Shown: positions 20,599-30,245, numbered from the stretch's first letter. The stretch is 64,000 nucleotides of DNA from an uncultured Chloroflexia bacterium (GCA_963819655.1 CAWFXA010000003.1:416001-480000), one strand, 5' to 3'. Notes: generated by a model from the sequence alone, not told the origin. Numbers and translations are program-made.

Positions 20599-21309
20599 AT
20601 GGCGAACGAACGGACGTATCCGTGTCTGCCCTGCGCTGAGATCGACGGATCGGTCGCGTTCTACGAATCGCTCGGGTTCACGAGAACCTACCGACAGGTT
20701 CGTCCGAACCCGTACGCGGTGGTCGCCCGCGAGGACCTCCAGATCCACCTCTTCGGCATCGACGGCTTCAAGCCCGAGGACTCGTACGGCACCGTGATCG
20801 TCGCTGTCCCGGACCCCGACAGCCTCTATCGTGACTTCGCGGCGGGATTGCGGAAGGCGCACGGCAAGCTGCCCGTCACCGGCATCCCGCGTATCACCCG
20901 ACCGCGCAAGAAGTACGGCACGGTGCGCGGTTTCAGCGTCGTCGACCCGGGCGGGAACTGGCTGCGGATCTCCAAACTCGGCGAGACGGAAGAGGAAGAC
21001 TCCGCGGAGAAGGCCGAGGGATTGGCGCAGATCGTCTACGTCGCGGCGCGCCTGGGCGATGCCCACGGCGATGAGGCGCTTGCGCTGAAGACGCTCGACA
21101 GCGGCCTGACCCAATTCGGCGACGCCGCCAAACCGATCGAACTCGCGCGTGCCTACCTGTACCGAGCGGAACTGGCCGTCCGGACACAGGACCTTTCGCT
21201 GGCTCGATCATCCCTTGCGACGGCGGAGTCGCTCGACTTGACCACGGACGAAGTGGCCGAGCTCGCCGATGAGTTCGCTCACGTGACCGAGCTTCTCACT
21301 CAGGACTGA
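20599..21309 (+). CDS. VOC/glyoxalase (bleomycin-resistance-like) protein with helical C-terminal extension
   Basis: SVAFYESLGF, QIHLF, VPDPDSLY, F.VVDPGGNWLRI; AGGAG RBS. Confidence 0.85.
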   Translation: MANERTYPCLPCAEIDGSVAFYESLGFTRTYRQVRPNPYAVVAREDLQIHLFGIDGFKPEDSYGTVIVAVPDPDSLYRDFAAGLRKAHGKLPVTGIPRITRPRKKYGTVRGFSVVDPGGNWLRISKLGETEEEDSAEKAEGLAQIVYVAARLGDAHGDEALALKTLDSGLTQFGDAAKPIELARAYLYRAELAVRTQDLSLARSSLATAESLDLTTDEVAELADEFAHVTELLTQD

Positions 21310-21335
21310 TCGAGCATCGAGCACGCTGCTCTCTC

Positions 21336-21456
21336 AGGCGATGGGCCCCAAGAGCAGCCATCGTGTTCGGCCTCCGCTCGGACCACGGCCGGTCTCGACC
21401 GGCTCGTCTGATGGCACGCGCCGGACGGTCGGCGTCGATGGCTCGAGGCTGGCGGC
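21336..21456. repeat. 121-bp direct repeat, copy 1
   Basis: Matches 22526-22646 with 3 substitutions. Confidence 0.95.
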
Positions 21457-21489
21457 GTCGACGACATCGGTGATCGCATAGGGCAGCGA

Positions 21490-21708
21490 CTAGAGCGGCA
21501 GTTTGATCTGCACCTTGGGCTCGTCGTCATCGCCGCTGGACCGATCCGGTTTCGCGTCGGGCGGCGTGCCTTCGATGTACTCGCGACGCAACTGCTCGAT
21601 CCGCGCCGCGAGGCCGTCAGCGATATCGCTGTCGACAGCTTCCTCCCGCTCCATCGCGAGCTCGTGCCATTCCGCGAGGATCTGCTTCGCGGTACGCGGA
21701 GGGGGCAT
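21490..21708 (-). CDS. Small acidic hypothetical protein (72 aa)
   Basis: GGAGG RBS before ATG; MPPPRTAKQILAEWHELAMEREE... Confidence 0.6.
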   Translation of the reverse strand: MPPPRTAKQILAEWHELAMEREEAVDSDIADGLAARIEQLRREYIEGTPPDAKPDRSSGDDDEPKVQIKLPL

Positions 21709-21848
21709 CGCGTCCTCCAACTGTCCTTGGGTGGCGGGACTGTAGCGGGCTGGCAGCTGCGAGCGCCGCAGCTGCGGACCGGCTCGCGTTGCAGGGGCGT
21801 CGCGCACTCGTTGCACGGACGCGCAGACCGCCGTCGTCGTCCCGAGGC

Positions 21849-22448
21849 TCACCCGAGATGCGGCGGTTTCGTCGGTTTCGGAGGTTTCGGCGTCTTCGAC
21901 GGCCTTGGCTCAGGCGTGGGAGTGGGCGTGGGCGTCGGCTGAGCGATGGGAGCGGGTGTCGGCGTGGCCGTTGGCGCCGGCGTGGGGGCGGGCGTCGGTG
22001 CGGGTGAGGGAGTCGCACGCGGCGTCGGAGCCGCCGTCGAGACCGGCGTCGCCACGGGCGTGGGCGCCGCCGTGGGATTCACTCTGGCCGTCGGGACGGG
22101 CGTCGGCGGAGGGGATGGAGTCACTGGGGCCATCGGGCCTGGTGGACTCGGCGTTTGCCCCGCCGACGATCGAGGCGGCTGGACTCGAGGCTCCGGTCCA
22201 TCCGATCCCGACCGGGTTCGTTCGATCTCGGTCACCGAGGGCGGTGCTCCGGTTGACTCGGGTGTTATCGGAACGGGTTCGGGCCTCCGGGTCGCCGGAC
22301 TCTCGGGCTCGAGCCGCATCGCCACGGCGGGTCGATATCCCGGATCCATCGAAACCGGAGGGTCCGTATCCACGATCAGAGCAACGACCATGGTCACGGT
22401 TAGGCCGACACCGATCCCCACGAACGTCTGATCGGCCGATGACAACAC
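21849..22448 (-). CDS. Membrane-anchored Pro/Thr-rich protein
   Basis: GGAGG before GTG; N-terminal TM; long PT/PA repeats ending in a PKPPKP tail. Confidence 0.6.
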   Translation of the reverse strand: MLSSADQTFVGIGVGLTVTMVVALIVDTDPPVSMDPGYRPAVAMRLEPESPATRRPEPVPITPESTGAPPSVTEIERTRSGSDGPEPRVQPPRSSAGQTPSPPGPMAPVTPSPPPTPVPTARVNPTAAPTPVATPVSTAAPTPRATPSPAPTPAPTPAPTATPTPAPIAQPTPTPTPTPEPRPSKTPKPPKPTKPPHLG

Positions 22449-22523
22449 CGCGACCTCCGGCTACTCCGGAGCGATCTGGGGGCAACCCAATGATACGGAC
22501 CGCGGCAACCGACGCGGTCAAAC

Positions 22524-22796
22524 CTAGGCGATGGGCCCCAGGAGCAGCCATCGCGTTCGGCCTCCGCTCGGACCACGGCCGGTCTCGACCGGCTCGTCTG
22601 ATGGCACGCGTCGGACGGTCGGCGTCGATGGCTCGAGGCTGGCGGCCTCGGTGCGATCGGGCGTGTCCAAGTCGAATCGACAGTAGGCACACATGCGGAG
22701 CTGGTCCGCCCGAAGATGCCCGCATCTCGTGCAGTACTGGCTGTCGGACTCGGACGCATAGAGGTCGCTCGGCGACCTCGCGGGTTCCATCGTCAT
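22524..22796 (-). CDS. Small zinc-ribbon protein
   Basis: CTRC-x10-CAYC; its C-terminal 40 aa are encoded by repeat copy 2. Confidence 0.55.
   Translation of the reverse strand: MTMEPARSPSDLYASESDSQYCTRCGHLRADQLRMCAYCRFDLDTPDRTEAASLEPSTPTVRRVPSDEPVETGRGPSGGRTRWLLLGPIA
22526..22646. repeat. 121-bp direct repeat, copy 2
   Basis: Matches 21336-21456 (offset 1190 bp). Confidence 0.95.
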
Positions 22797-23075
22797 CGCT
22801 GACCCCACTCTCGGCCTGGAACGCGACGAATGGACCAATGCGGGCGGGGTCTGTACTTCGCGTGACGCGCAGGCCCCGGGCATATCCCGGGTGGACGACT
22901 AACGTTACTCGCCCTGCGGCTTGCTCGCAATGGACATGCATCGACGATCTGGACGCTTCCGACGCGGTGGACGAACATCGCACCACGTCCCAAGCCTTAA
23001 CCTAGGTCTCCAAAGCGCGGGGCGTGGCCGCCTCAGACCGGCCCTGCCTGCCAGTTCATCCCGCAAGGGGGATCA

Positions 23076-23828
23076 GTGACCGAGCCCGTCGAGACCCCGC
23101 CGCCGGTCGCGCCAGAGTCCGGAACGAGCGGTCTGCTGCCGCCCGGGCTCGTCTTCGCCGACACGCCGTCTCGCATCGCGGCTTACGTGCTGGACAGCTT
23201 CCTGTTGAGTGCGCTCGTCTCGATCCCGCCAGCCCTGCTCGGGTTCTACGACTACTCGTACAGCGGCGGCGCGTATCCCGATCCGATCTCCCGCGCGTCG
23301 TTCGTCGGTCTGACGATCTTCAGCTTCGCGATGAGTGCGGCCTACTTCCTGTGGTTCTGGACCGGTGGCCGCCGAGCGACGCCCGGCCAACGCGTGTTCG
23401 GGATCCAGCTCGGGAACGCATTCGATGGCCGGCCGCTCACGATGACGCAGGCGATCGAGCGCTGGCTGGCGATGGGCTGGTGGGCGACGCTGCTGATCCT
23501 GCTGCCGTTCCTGGCCATCGCGATCGCGTCGTACGCGGTGTTCGCGGTGTGGTGGGTCGTGCTCGTCATCTCGATCATCGTCAGCCCGACCAAGCAGGGC
23601 ATCCACGATCGCTTCTCCCGGTCCGCATTGGTCCGGCCGGCTGGTCAGGGCAATCGATGGGCGGTCGGTTGTCTGTGGGTGCTCGCCATCGTGACGATCC
23701 TGGAGATCGGAGCGGTCATCCTCCTGGCGTCGTTGATGAACACCCTCGCGGACTCCGATCTGTATCCGCCAGGTTTGAACCCGTTCGACTACATGTGGGA
23801 ACAGATCCGGACCATCTGGCCCTCGTAG
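23076..23828 (+). CDS. RDD family membrane protein 1
   Basis: SRIAAYVLD, ATPGQRVFGIQ, KQGIHDR. Confidence 0.9.
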   Translation: MTEPVETPPPVAPESGTSGLLPPGLVFADTPSRIAAYVLDSFLLSALVSIPPALLGFYDYSYSGGAYPDPISRASFVGLTIFSFAMSAAYFLWFWTGGRRATPGQRVFGIQLGNAFDGRPLTMTQAIERWLAMGWWATLLILLPFLAIAIASYAVFAVWWVVLVISIIVSPTKQGIHDRFSRSALVRPAGQGNRWAVGCLWVLAIVTILEIGAVILLASLMNTLADSDLYPPGLNPFDYMWEQIRTIWPS

Positions 23829-23868
23829 CTTTCCCTATGATGGGGGCCTCGCAGGGAAGGGGAGGACG

Positions 23869-24972
23869 ATGACCCAGCCACCGGACGAGCGCCCACCGCG
23901 GCCCGACGAGCCCGAGGGCGACGCAGCATCCGAGAACGCGCCGACCGTCGCGTGGACCCCGCCCGAGTCAGAGGGCGAGAAGCCGGCCGAGGAGGGCGGC
24001 ACTGGGTATACGGCTGTCCCCGATGACAACGCACCGGCACCCGAGGCCGCCGCCCCGCTACCGCCCGAACCGCGATCGGAATCATTGCCACCAGTGGAAC
24101 CAGCCGAGCCGGCCCCGCCGCCCGCGGCGCCGGGCGGCCCCATCATCAGTGCCACGCCGACGCCACCTGCCTCCGGATGGCAGACGCCGGCGGAGCCCGC
24201 CGCGCCAGGTGTCCCGCCCGTCGTGCCTCCGAGCGGCGGCTGGGAGATGCCGACCGCCGCGGCGGCGCTGCCGCAGCAGCAGGGCTATGTGATCGCCGGC
24301 GTCGGTGCCCGCGTCGTCGCGTGGCTGATCGACGTCACGCTGGCGGGCATCATCCCGGGCATCCTCGCATTCGCTGTCGTCGACTGGACAGGGATCATGC
24401 GTGAGGCCATCGAACAGGCGCGGCTCAGCCCCAGCGGACAGATCACCGGCGGGATGACAGCCACGACGATCCCGGTGACCCTGGACTACGTCCTCGCGAC
24501 GCTGATCGGTCTCGGGGTCCAGTTCCTGTACTTCGTCGGGTTCTGGACGAGCCGCTGGCAGGCCACGCCCGGCATGATCGGGCTGAAGATGCGCGTGGTC
24601 GACGCGAACACCGGTAGCACGCTGTCGGTCGTCCAGGCGACGAAGCGATGGATCGCCCTCGGTTGGCCGCTCGTGTTGCTTGGGCTCGTGCCCGCCCTTC
24701 AGGCCGTCCAGGGCCTGCTTCAGCTCGGACTGACCGTGTTCCTGTTCTTCACGACCGTGACGAACGACCGGAAGCAGGGTCTTCACGACAAGTTCGCGAA
24801 CTCGCTCGTCATCCGCTCGGTCACGAGCGGCAGCGGCGCCACCTTCGCGGGCTGCCTCGTCTGGGGCGTCCTCGTGATCCTGATCAGCTTCATCGCCTTC
24901 ACGCTGTTCTTCGCGGCCGTGATGCCTGACTTGATCGACTACATCCGAGAGACCAACCCCAACGCCATATGA
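23869..24972 (+). CDS. RDD family membrane protein 2 with long Pro-rich N-terminus
   Basis: ARVVAWLID, ATPGMIGLKMRVV, KQGLHDKFA; GGGAGG RBS. Confidence 0.9.
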   Translation: MTQPPDERPPRPDEPEGDAASENAPTVAWTPPESEGEKPAEEGGTGYTAVPDDNAPAPEAAAPLPPEPRSESLPPVEPAEPAPPPAAPGGPIISATPTPPASGWQTPAEPAAPGVPPVVPPSGGWEMPTAAAALPQQQGYVIAGVGARVVAWLIDVTLAGIIPGILAFAVVDWTGIMREAIEQARLSPSGQITGGMTATTIPVTLDYVLATLIGLGVQFLYFVGFWTSRWQATPGMIGLKMRVVDANTGSTLSVVQATKRWIALGWPLVLLGLVPALQAVQGLLQLGLTVFLFFTTVTNDRKQGLHDKFANSLVIRSVTSGSGATFAGCLVWGVLVILISFIAFTLFFAAVMPDLIDYIRETNPNAI

Positions 24973-25829
24973 CATCGGAGCGACCGGGGCCGCCCGAGCC
25001 GCTCGAACCGCCGGGATCGACGCCGCCGGCCGATCCCGGCGCTGACACGGCGCCCTACGCGCCACCACCACCGCCGGAATCGCCTCCGACCGACCCGGTG
25101 CAGCCTCCGTTGGCGCCCCCGCCCCCACCCGGCCCCGCGCCGGGCGGGGGGTGGGCGACGCCAGTGGTCGCCCGCCAGGAGGTCGCGCCGGGACTCGTCT
25201 TCTCCGACACGGCGTCGAGGTTCGTCGCCTACGTGATCGACCTGATCCTGATCGGGATCGTCACGGGGATCGTCGGGGAGCTGCTCGGCGTCGGGCCCGG
25301 GACACCGCCGCTGACCGACAGCTCGACAGACTTCACCCAGGCCTTCGAAACCAGCGTCGAGTACACGATCCTCGATCTTGCCATCGGGGCCTTGTACTTC
25401 ATCGCATCGTGGTCCGGCGGTCGCCGGGCGACGCTGGGGCAACGTCTCTTCGGCATCCAGGTGGGGAACGCGTTCGACGGCCGTCCTTTGAGGCTCGACC
25501 AGGCGGTTCGGCGCTGGCTCGGGATCGGCGACTTCCTTCTCCTGCTCGGGATCATCCCGGCGCTCGGGCCTGCGTCATCGGGCCTGCTATTCGTCTGGAA
25601 CATCGCGCTGTTGATCACGACCGCGACAAGCCCCACGAAACAAGGTCTGCATGACAGGCTCGCGAACTCTGCCGTCGTCCGGCCCGCCAATGCGGGGAAC
25701 GGGCTGGCGTACGGCTGCCTCGCGATCATCGTTGCGTTACTGGTCGTCTCCATCGTCGCTATCGTCGGTCTCGTCTTCCTCGGTGGGCAGGTCAGCTCGA
25801 TCCTGTCCGAAGTCGGCGAGTCGATCTGA
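24969..25829 (+). CDS. RDD family membrane protein 3
   Basis: SRFVAYVID, ATLGQRLFGIQV, KQGLHDRLA; ATGA overlap. Confidence 0.9.
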   Translation: MTSERPGPPEPLEPPGSTPPADPGADTAPYAPPPPPESPPTDPVQPPLAPPPPPGPAPGGGWATPVVARQEVAPGLVFSDTASRFVAYVIDLILIGIVTGIVGELLGVGPGTPPLTDSSTDFTQAFETSVEYTILDLAIGALYFIASWSGGRRATLGQRLFGIQVGNAFDGRPLRLDQAVRRWLGIGDFLLLLGIIPALGPASSGLLFVWNIALLITTATSPTKQGLHDRLANSAVVRPANAGNGLAYGCLAIIVALLVVSIVAIVGLVFLGGQVSSILSEVGESI

Positions 25830-25837
25830 CGAAGTCG

Positions 25838-27316
25838 ATGGAAGGCGTCCCGGACCCAGCGCAGGTCGATGGGCTCTCGGACATGGACCCGGCGACGTTT
25901 CGGGCCGCGGCGCACGCGGTGGTCGACCTCATGGCCGACTACCTGGCCACGATCGAGGAACGGGCAGTCTTCCCGCCGGTCGAGCCCGGATCGTTGCGGC
26001 CGGAGTTCCCGGGCGCGGCTCCTGATGCGCCGGAGGCACTCGACGCGATCCTGGCCGACTACGAGCGCCTGATCCCCTCGTCGGCGACGCACTGGCAGCA
26101 CCCGGGCTTCATGGCGTACTTCGCGACGACGGCATCGGGACCCGGGATCCTCGGCGAGATGCTGACCGCCGTTCTCGGTCAGAACCCGATGCTGTGGCGG
26201 ACCTCGCCGATCGGCACCGAGCTCGAGGAGGTCGTGGTCGATTGGCTGCGGATCGCGCTCGGCCTGCCGGACGAATTCGACGGGCTGTTGACCGACACGG
26301 CATCGACGTCGTCGCTCATCGCCCTGGCAGCGGCGCGGGAGGCGGCCGGGCTGGACGTCGCGGCACGCGGGCTCGCCGGCCGCCAGGACGTCCCCGCGGT
26401 TCGCGTCTACGCGTCGGCGGAGGCCCACAGCTCGATCGAAAAGGCGTGCATGACGCTCGGGATCGGCCGGGAAGGCCTCGTCCGGATCCCGGTCGACGAG
26501 GCGTTCGCGCTGCGTCCCGAGGCGCTCGCCGACGCGATCCGCGCGGACGGTGCCGCCGGACGCCGGCCGATCGCCATCGTCGCGACGATCGGGACGACGT
26601 CGTCGACCGCGGTCGATCCTGTCCCTCCGATCGCGGACATCGCCGCGCGCGAAGGCCTGTGGCTCCATGTCGACGCTGCGTACGCCGGGGCCGTGGCGTT
26701 GATCCCGGAGCGCCGCGCGCCCTTCGAGGGGTGGGATCGCGCCGACTCGATCGTGATCAACCCGCACAAGTGGCTGTTCACTCCACTCGACGCCTCGCTG
26801 CTCCTGACACGGCGGATGCCCGACCTGCGCGCCGCCTTCAGCCTCGTGCCCGAGTACCTGCGGACGCTCGATCGCGCGACGCCGGTCCGCGACTACACCG
26901 AGTACCAGCCGCAGCTCGGGCGGCGGTTCCGCGCCTTGAAGCTGTGGATGCAGCTGCGCTGGTTCGGGCTCGACGGGCTGCGGCGCCGGATCGAGCGGCA
27001 TATCTCGATGGCCCACGAGTTCGCCGCATGGATCGATGACGCGCCCGACTGGGAGCGTCTGGCGCCCGTTCCGTTCTCGACCGCTTGCTTCCGCTGGAAG
27101 CCCGGCTCGGGCATGGACGACGAGGTTCTCGACGTACGCAACGCCGCGATCATGGACGCCGTGAATCGGAGCGGTGACGTCTTCCTGTCGCACACCCGCC
27201 TCGACGGGCGGTTCACGATCCGCCTGTCGATCGGCAACCTGCGGACGGAGCCTCGCCACGTTGCGCACGCATGGGAACTCCTGCGAGAGGCGGCGAGCGA
27301 GGCCGCCGGCGGGTGA
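25838..27316 (+). CDS. Group II PLP-dependent decarboxylase (aromatic-L-amino-acid decarboxylase-like)
   Basis: THWQHPGFMAYF, SP..TELE, AHSSIEKA, GTTSS...D, WLHVDAAYAG, NPHKW, GRRFRALKLW. Confidence 0.92.
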   Translation: MEGVPDPAQVDGLSDMDPATFRAAAHAVVDLMADYLATIEERAVFPPVEPGSLRPEFPGAAPDAPEALDAILADYERLIPSSATHWQHPGFMAYFATTASGPGILGEMLTAVLGQNPMLWRTSPIGTELEEVVVDWLRIALGLPDEFDGLLTDTASTSSLIALAAAREAAGLDVAARGLAGRQDVPAVRVYASAEAHSSIEKACMTLGIGREGLVRIPVDEAFALRPEALADAIRADGAAGRRPIAIVATIGTTSSTAVDPVPPIADIAAREGLWLHVDAAYAGAVALIPERRAPFEGWDRADSIVINPHKWLFTPLDASLLLTRRMPDLRAAFSLVPEYLRTLDRATPVRDYTEYQPQLGRRFRALKLWMQLRWFGLDGLRRRIERHISMAHEFAAWIDDAPDWERLAPVPFSTACFRWKPGSGMDDEVLDVRNAAIMDAVNRSGDVFLSHTRLDGRFTIRLSIGNLRTEPRHVAHAWELLREAASEAAGG

Positions 27317-27936
27317 GCCCGAGCCCGCGGCCCCACGACGTCCAGTTCTTCTCGTCACCGGACGAGCTACGCGACTGGTTCGATGCGAACCATGCGACGG
27401 CCACGGAACTGTGGCTTGGCCAACACCGCAAGTCGACGGGTCGACCGACCATCGCCTGGACCGAAGCTGTCGATGAGGCGCTGTGCGTCGGCTGGATCGA
27501 TGGCGTCCGCTACAGCCTGGACGACGAACGGTTCGCGCAACGCTTCACGCCTCGGCGAAAGGGCAGCAACTGGAGCGCGATCAACGTTCAGAAGGTGGCC
27601 GACCTGACAGCGCAAGGTCGCATGAGGCCGGCGGGTCTCGCCGCGTTCGAGGCCCGGACGCCCGAGAGGACCGGGGTCTACTCCTACGAGCGCGAGGCCG
27701 TCGCGCTCACGGACGACGAGAACACGACGATCAAAGCGAACGCAGCAGCCTGGGCTGACTGGGAGCGCCGTCCGCCGTCCTACCGTCGGGCTGCGACGCA
27801 CTGGATCGTGAGCGCCAAGAAGCCGGAGACACGAGCCCGCCGGCTGCAGACCCTGATCGAGGATTCGGCAGCCGCTCGCCCTGTGGCGCCATTGCGTCCA
27901 CGACGCGGAGCGAATGTCAACGCGGATGGCGGTTGA
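27313..27936 (+). CDS. YdeI/OmpD-associated family protein
   Basis: EALCVGWIDG, RFTPRRKGSNWS, WIVSAKKPETRARRL. Confidence 0.9.
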   Translation: MSPSPRPHDVQFFSSPDELRDWFDANHATATELWLGQHRKSTGRPTIAWTEAVDEALCVGWIDGVRYSLDDERFAQRFTPRRKGSNWSAINVQKVADLTAQGRMRPAGLAAFEARTPERTGVYSYEREAVALTDDENTTIKANAAAWADWERRPPSYRRAATHWIVSAKKPETRARRLQTLIEDSAAARPVAPLRPRRGANVNADGG

Positions 27937-28359
27937 TCAGACGGCTTCGGCTCGCTCCTTGAGGCCGTTCGCGAACATGTCGAATGACGGCTGCAGGTCG
28001 GGCATGCTCCGCCACATCATCCCGAGCAACGGGCCGCTGTATTCCTCGCGCATGTGGAACCTTGTGGAACCGTCGCCCTGCGCGTCCAGCGTGTACGTCC
28101 GAACTCCCTTGAAGAGTCCGAGCGGCATCCCGCCGCTGAAGACCAGCTTCGAGGAAGGCTCGAACGTCGTGACTTTGACCGGGAACGCGCGGCCGGGCGC
28201 CGCCTTTGAATGGATCTTGATGGTCTCGCCCGGCGCGATCTGACCCTCGACCTTGTCCACGCCCGAACCCCATGTGGCCCAGCCGCCCGAGTCGGTCAGG
28301 ATCGACCAGACGCGATCGGGTTGCGCGCCGATGACCGCTCCTGCCTCATAGGCTCGCAT
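27937..28359 (-). CDS. SRPBCC/polyketide-cyclase-like protein
   Basis: IGAQPDRVWSILTD...W, E.YSGPL, GLKERAE; GGGAGG RBS. Confidence 0.88.
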   Translation of the reverse strand: MRAYEAGAVIGAQPDRVWSILTDSGGWATWGSGVDKVEGQIAPGETIKIHSKAAPGRAFPVKVTTFEPSSKLVFSGGMPLGLFKGVRTYTLDAQGDGSTRFHMREEYSGPLLGMMWRSMPDLQPSFDMFANGLKERAEAV

Positions 28360-28402
28360 CGCCTTGCACCTCCCACATCGAACGCCCCTATCGGTCGTCA
28401 AT

Positions 28403-28420
28403 GGTAACAGGTTGGTTACC
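28403..28420. promoter_or_regulatory. Palindromic operator GGTAAC-N6-GTTACC upstream of the SRPBCC gene
   Basis: Perfect 6-bp inverted repeat in an AT-enriched patch about 45 bp upstream of the SRPBCC start. Confidence 0.6.
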
Positions 28421-28437
28421 GATCAACGCAGGGTCGC

Positions 28438-29071
28438 TCAATCCCCGAGGCACCCCGGAACCCCGGCCTCGGCAGGCGGTGCAGCGTCGATCGGCACCTC
28501 GATCACGGTCTGTCCCAGCGCATCCAGGCCGAGGACCTTCGTTCCCACCGGCCACTCTCCGGGCCACCACGCGAGATACCAGCCGTTCGCGAACGACGCG
28601 GTGATCGGCGGGCAGCCCGGTAGAGCGATGAGGACACGGGCGATTCCCGGGCCGACGCGCCCCGAATTGGTGCTGGCCTCAGCCGAGCCGTACCCGCCGT
28701 GCTGCTCGATCTCGTTGGCTGGCAGGGGATACCCACTCCGCTTCGCCGAAGCCCGTGCCGCCGCCACCGCCCGCGACGGCCCCCGTCGCGTCGATGGTCA
28801 TGCCCCAGCACGCCGCCGTGACGCGCTTCGGTCCCGCGTACTGAGCCTCGATCTTCCCGGCGCCGCGCACATCGATCACGACCAGCTGGGCTTCCTGCGG
28901 AAACTCAGGGAACGATCCGCGACATGTCTGATCGACGTCATCGACCAGCGTGCCGGGCAGCGCCAAAGGGACGGGTTGCCACGGTCCGACGACCTCCTTG
29001 GGAACGTTCGGGCCGCCGCACGCCGCCGCGACGAGCATGGATGCCGCAACGAGAGCCACCGGACGCGCCAC
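28438..29071 (-). CDS. Putative lipoprotein, frameshifted near 28730
   Basis: Signal with lipobox-like VAAAC; reading continues in another frame as LPANEIEQH...NGWYLAWWP... Confidence 0.55.
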
Positions 29072-29123
29072 GCGGTGAGTGTATGCGCGACCCAAGGGGC
29101 GGTCCGTGCCCGATAATGCCGCC

Positions 29124-29513
29124 ATGCCGCCGATCGCCGAGCTGACCCGCATCGAGCCCTATCACCTCTCCCGTCTCGAGGCGCAGGGCACGTTCACGAC
29201 CGGGCTTCTGCTGGAGCGATCCGAGACGACGACCCGCCGGCAATACCTCGCCGACCAGGTCGACGCCACGACGAACGACGTCCTCGACTGGCGCGACGAG
29301 GCCCTGATGCTGAACCTGGCGAGCTTCGGCCCGGACGACCATCAGCTGCTGATCCAGGCCGGGATCGAGGGGTTGCGCGACATCCTGCGCCTGTCGGGCG
29401 ACGGGTTCCGGGACCGCATCCACGTCGCGGCGATCGAGCTCAATCGCGAGCCACCGGACGACCTCACGCTGGCCGGCTGGTGGGAGCAGGCGAAGACACT
29501 CGAAGAGGAGTAG
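29124..29513 (+). CDS. DUF4332-like (helix-hairpin-helix) protein
   Basis: L..QG..T...LL, R..LA, W...A.ML, LL.QAGI, W..QAK pattern; GATAAT 6 nt before ATG. Confidence 0.7.
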   Translation: MPPIAELTRIEPYHLSRLEAQGTFTTGLLLERSETTTRRQYLADQVDATTNDVLDWRDEALMLNLASFGPDDHQLLIQAGIEGLRDILRLSGDGFRDRIHVAAIELNREPPDDLTLAGWWEQAKTLEEE

Positions 29514-29549
29514 CCGGCCCACGCCGACGCCTCGGGCTACGATGCCCGC

Positions 29550-30245
29550 GTGCGCATCCTCCTGACCCGCGTGGCGGACCTCTGGATCGCCGTTGCGACC
29601 GGACTCGCGATCGTGGCACTGACCCTGCCGCTGTTCCTCAACCCCGTCTGGGTGGCGTTCGAGCAGGGACGTGCACAGGCGACGGCGTGGACCGGGTACT
29701 CGGAGCCGCAGCTGCGTCAGGCGACCGACGCGATCCTCGCCGACCTCGTCGTCGGGCCCCCGGATTTCGACGGAACGGTCGATGGGCAGCCGGTCCTCAA
29801 CGTACGCGAGCGTGCGCACATGCAGGACGTGCGTGGCGTGTTCGTCGGGTTCTTTGCAGCGGCGTTCGTGGCTGCGGTCGGGGCGGTGGCGATCGCGGCG
29901 AGGCGCCGTGGCGATGCGCGCCGAGGATCGTGGCGAGCGGTCCGCGGCGGGGCCAAGGGGCTGGCGATCGCCCTTGTCGTCGGGGGCGCGTTCGCCTTCG
30001 TCGCCTTCGACGCCCTGTTCGAGACGTTCCATCGCCTCTTCTTCGCGGGCGGGTCGTACTCGTTCGATCCCTCGACCGAGCGGCTCGTCCAGCTCTTCCC
30101 GTTCCAGTTCTGGCAGGAGACCGCGATCGCTGTCGGGGCGGTGTGCATCGTCGTGGCGGTCATCGTCGTCGCAGTCGCGTCGCGCCGGCTGACCGCCGGC
30201 ACGGCGACCTCGGTCACGGCGACCCTCGAGGGCTCGCGCCCATGA
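29550..30245 (+). CDS. DUF1461/TIGR01906 membrane protein (lipoprotein intramolecular transacylase Lit-like)
   Basis: ERAHMQDVR, F..FHRLFF, FDP....LVQLFP..FW; four TM segments. Confidence 0.85.
   Translation: MRILLTRVADLWIAVATGLAIVALTLPLFLNPVWVAFEQGRAQATAWTGYSEPQLRQATDAILADLVVGPPDFDGTVDGQPVLNVRERAHMQDVRGVFVGFFAAAFVAAVGAVAIAARRRGDARRGSWRAVRGGAKGLAIALVVGGAFAFVAFDALFETFHRLFFAGGSYSFDPSTERLVQLFPFQFWQETAIAVGAVCIVVAVIVVAVASRRLTAGTATSVTATLEGSRP

Noticed and set aside
21860-22130. Short nucleotide repeats (ggcgtg/ggcgtc; likewise 57060-57320 and 34901-34945)
   Set aside because: Explained by low-complexity Pro/Thr or DDATP protein sequence.
23018-23028. 11-bp match (cggggcgtggc) to the tRNA-Pro 5' end as an att site
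   Set aside because: Too short and GC-rich to exceed chance; no 3'-end duplication of tRNA-Pro was found.
25229-27358. Long antisense ORFs (also 4511-6457, 29717-31552, 54501-56663, 45683-47060)
   Set aside because: Shadow frames of real high-GC genes; no recognisable motifs.
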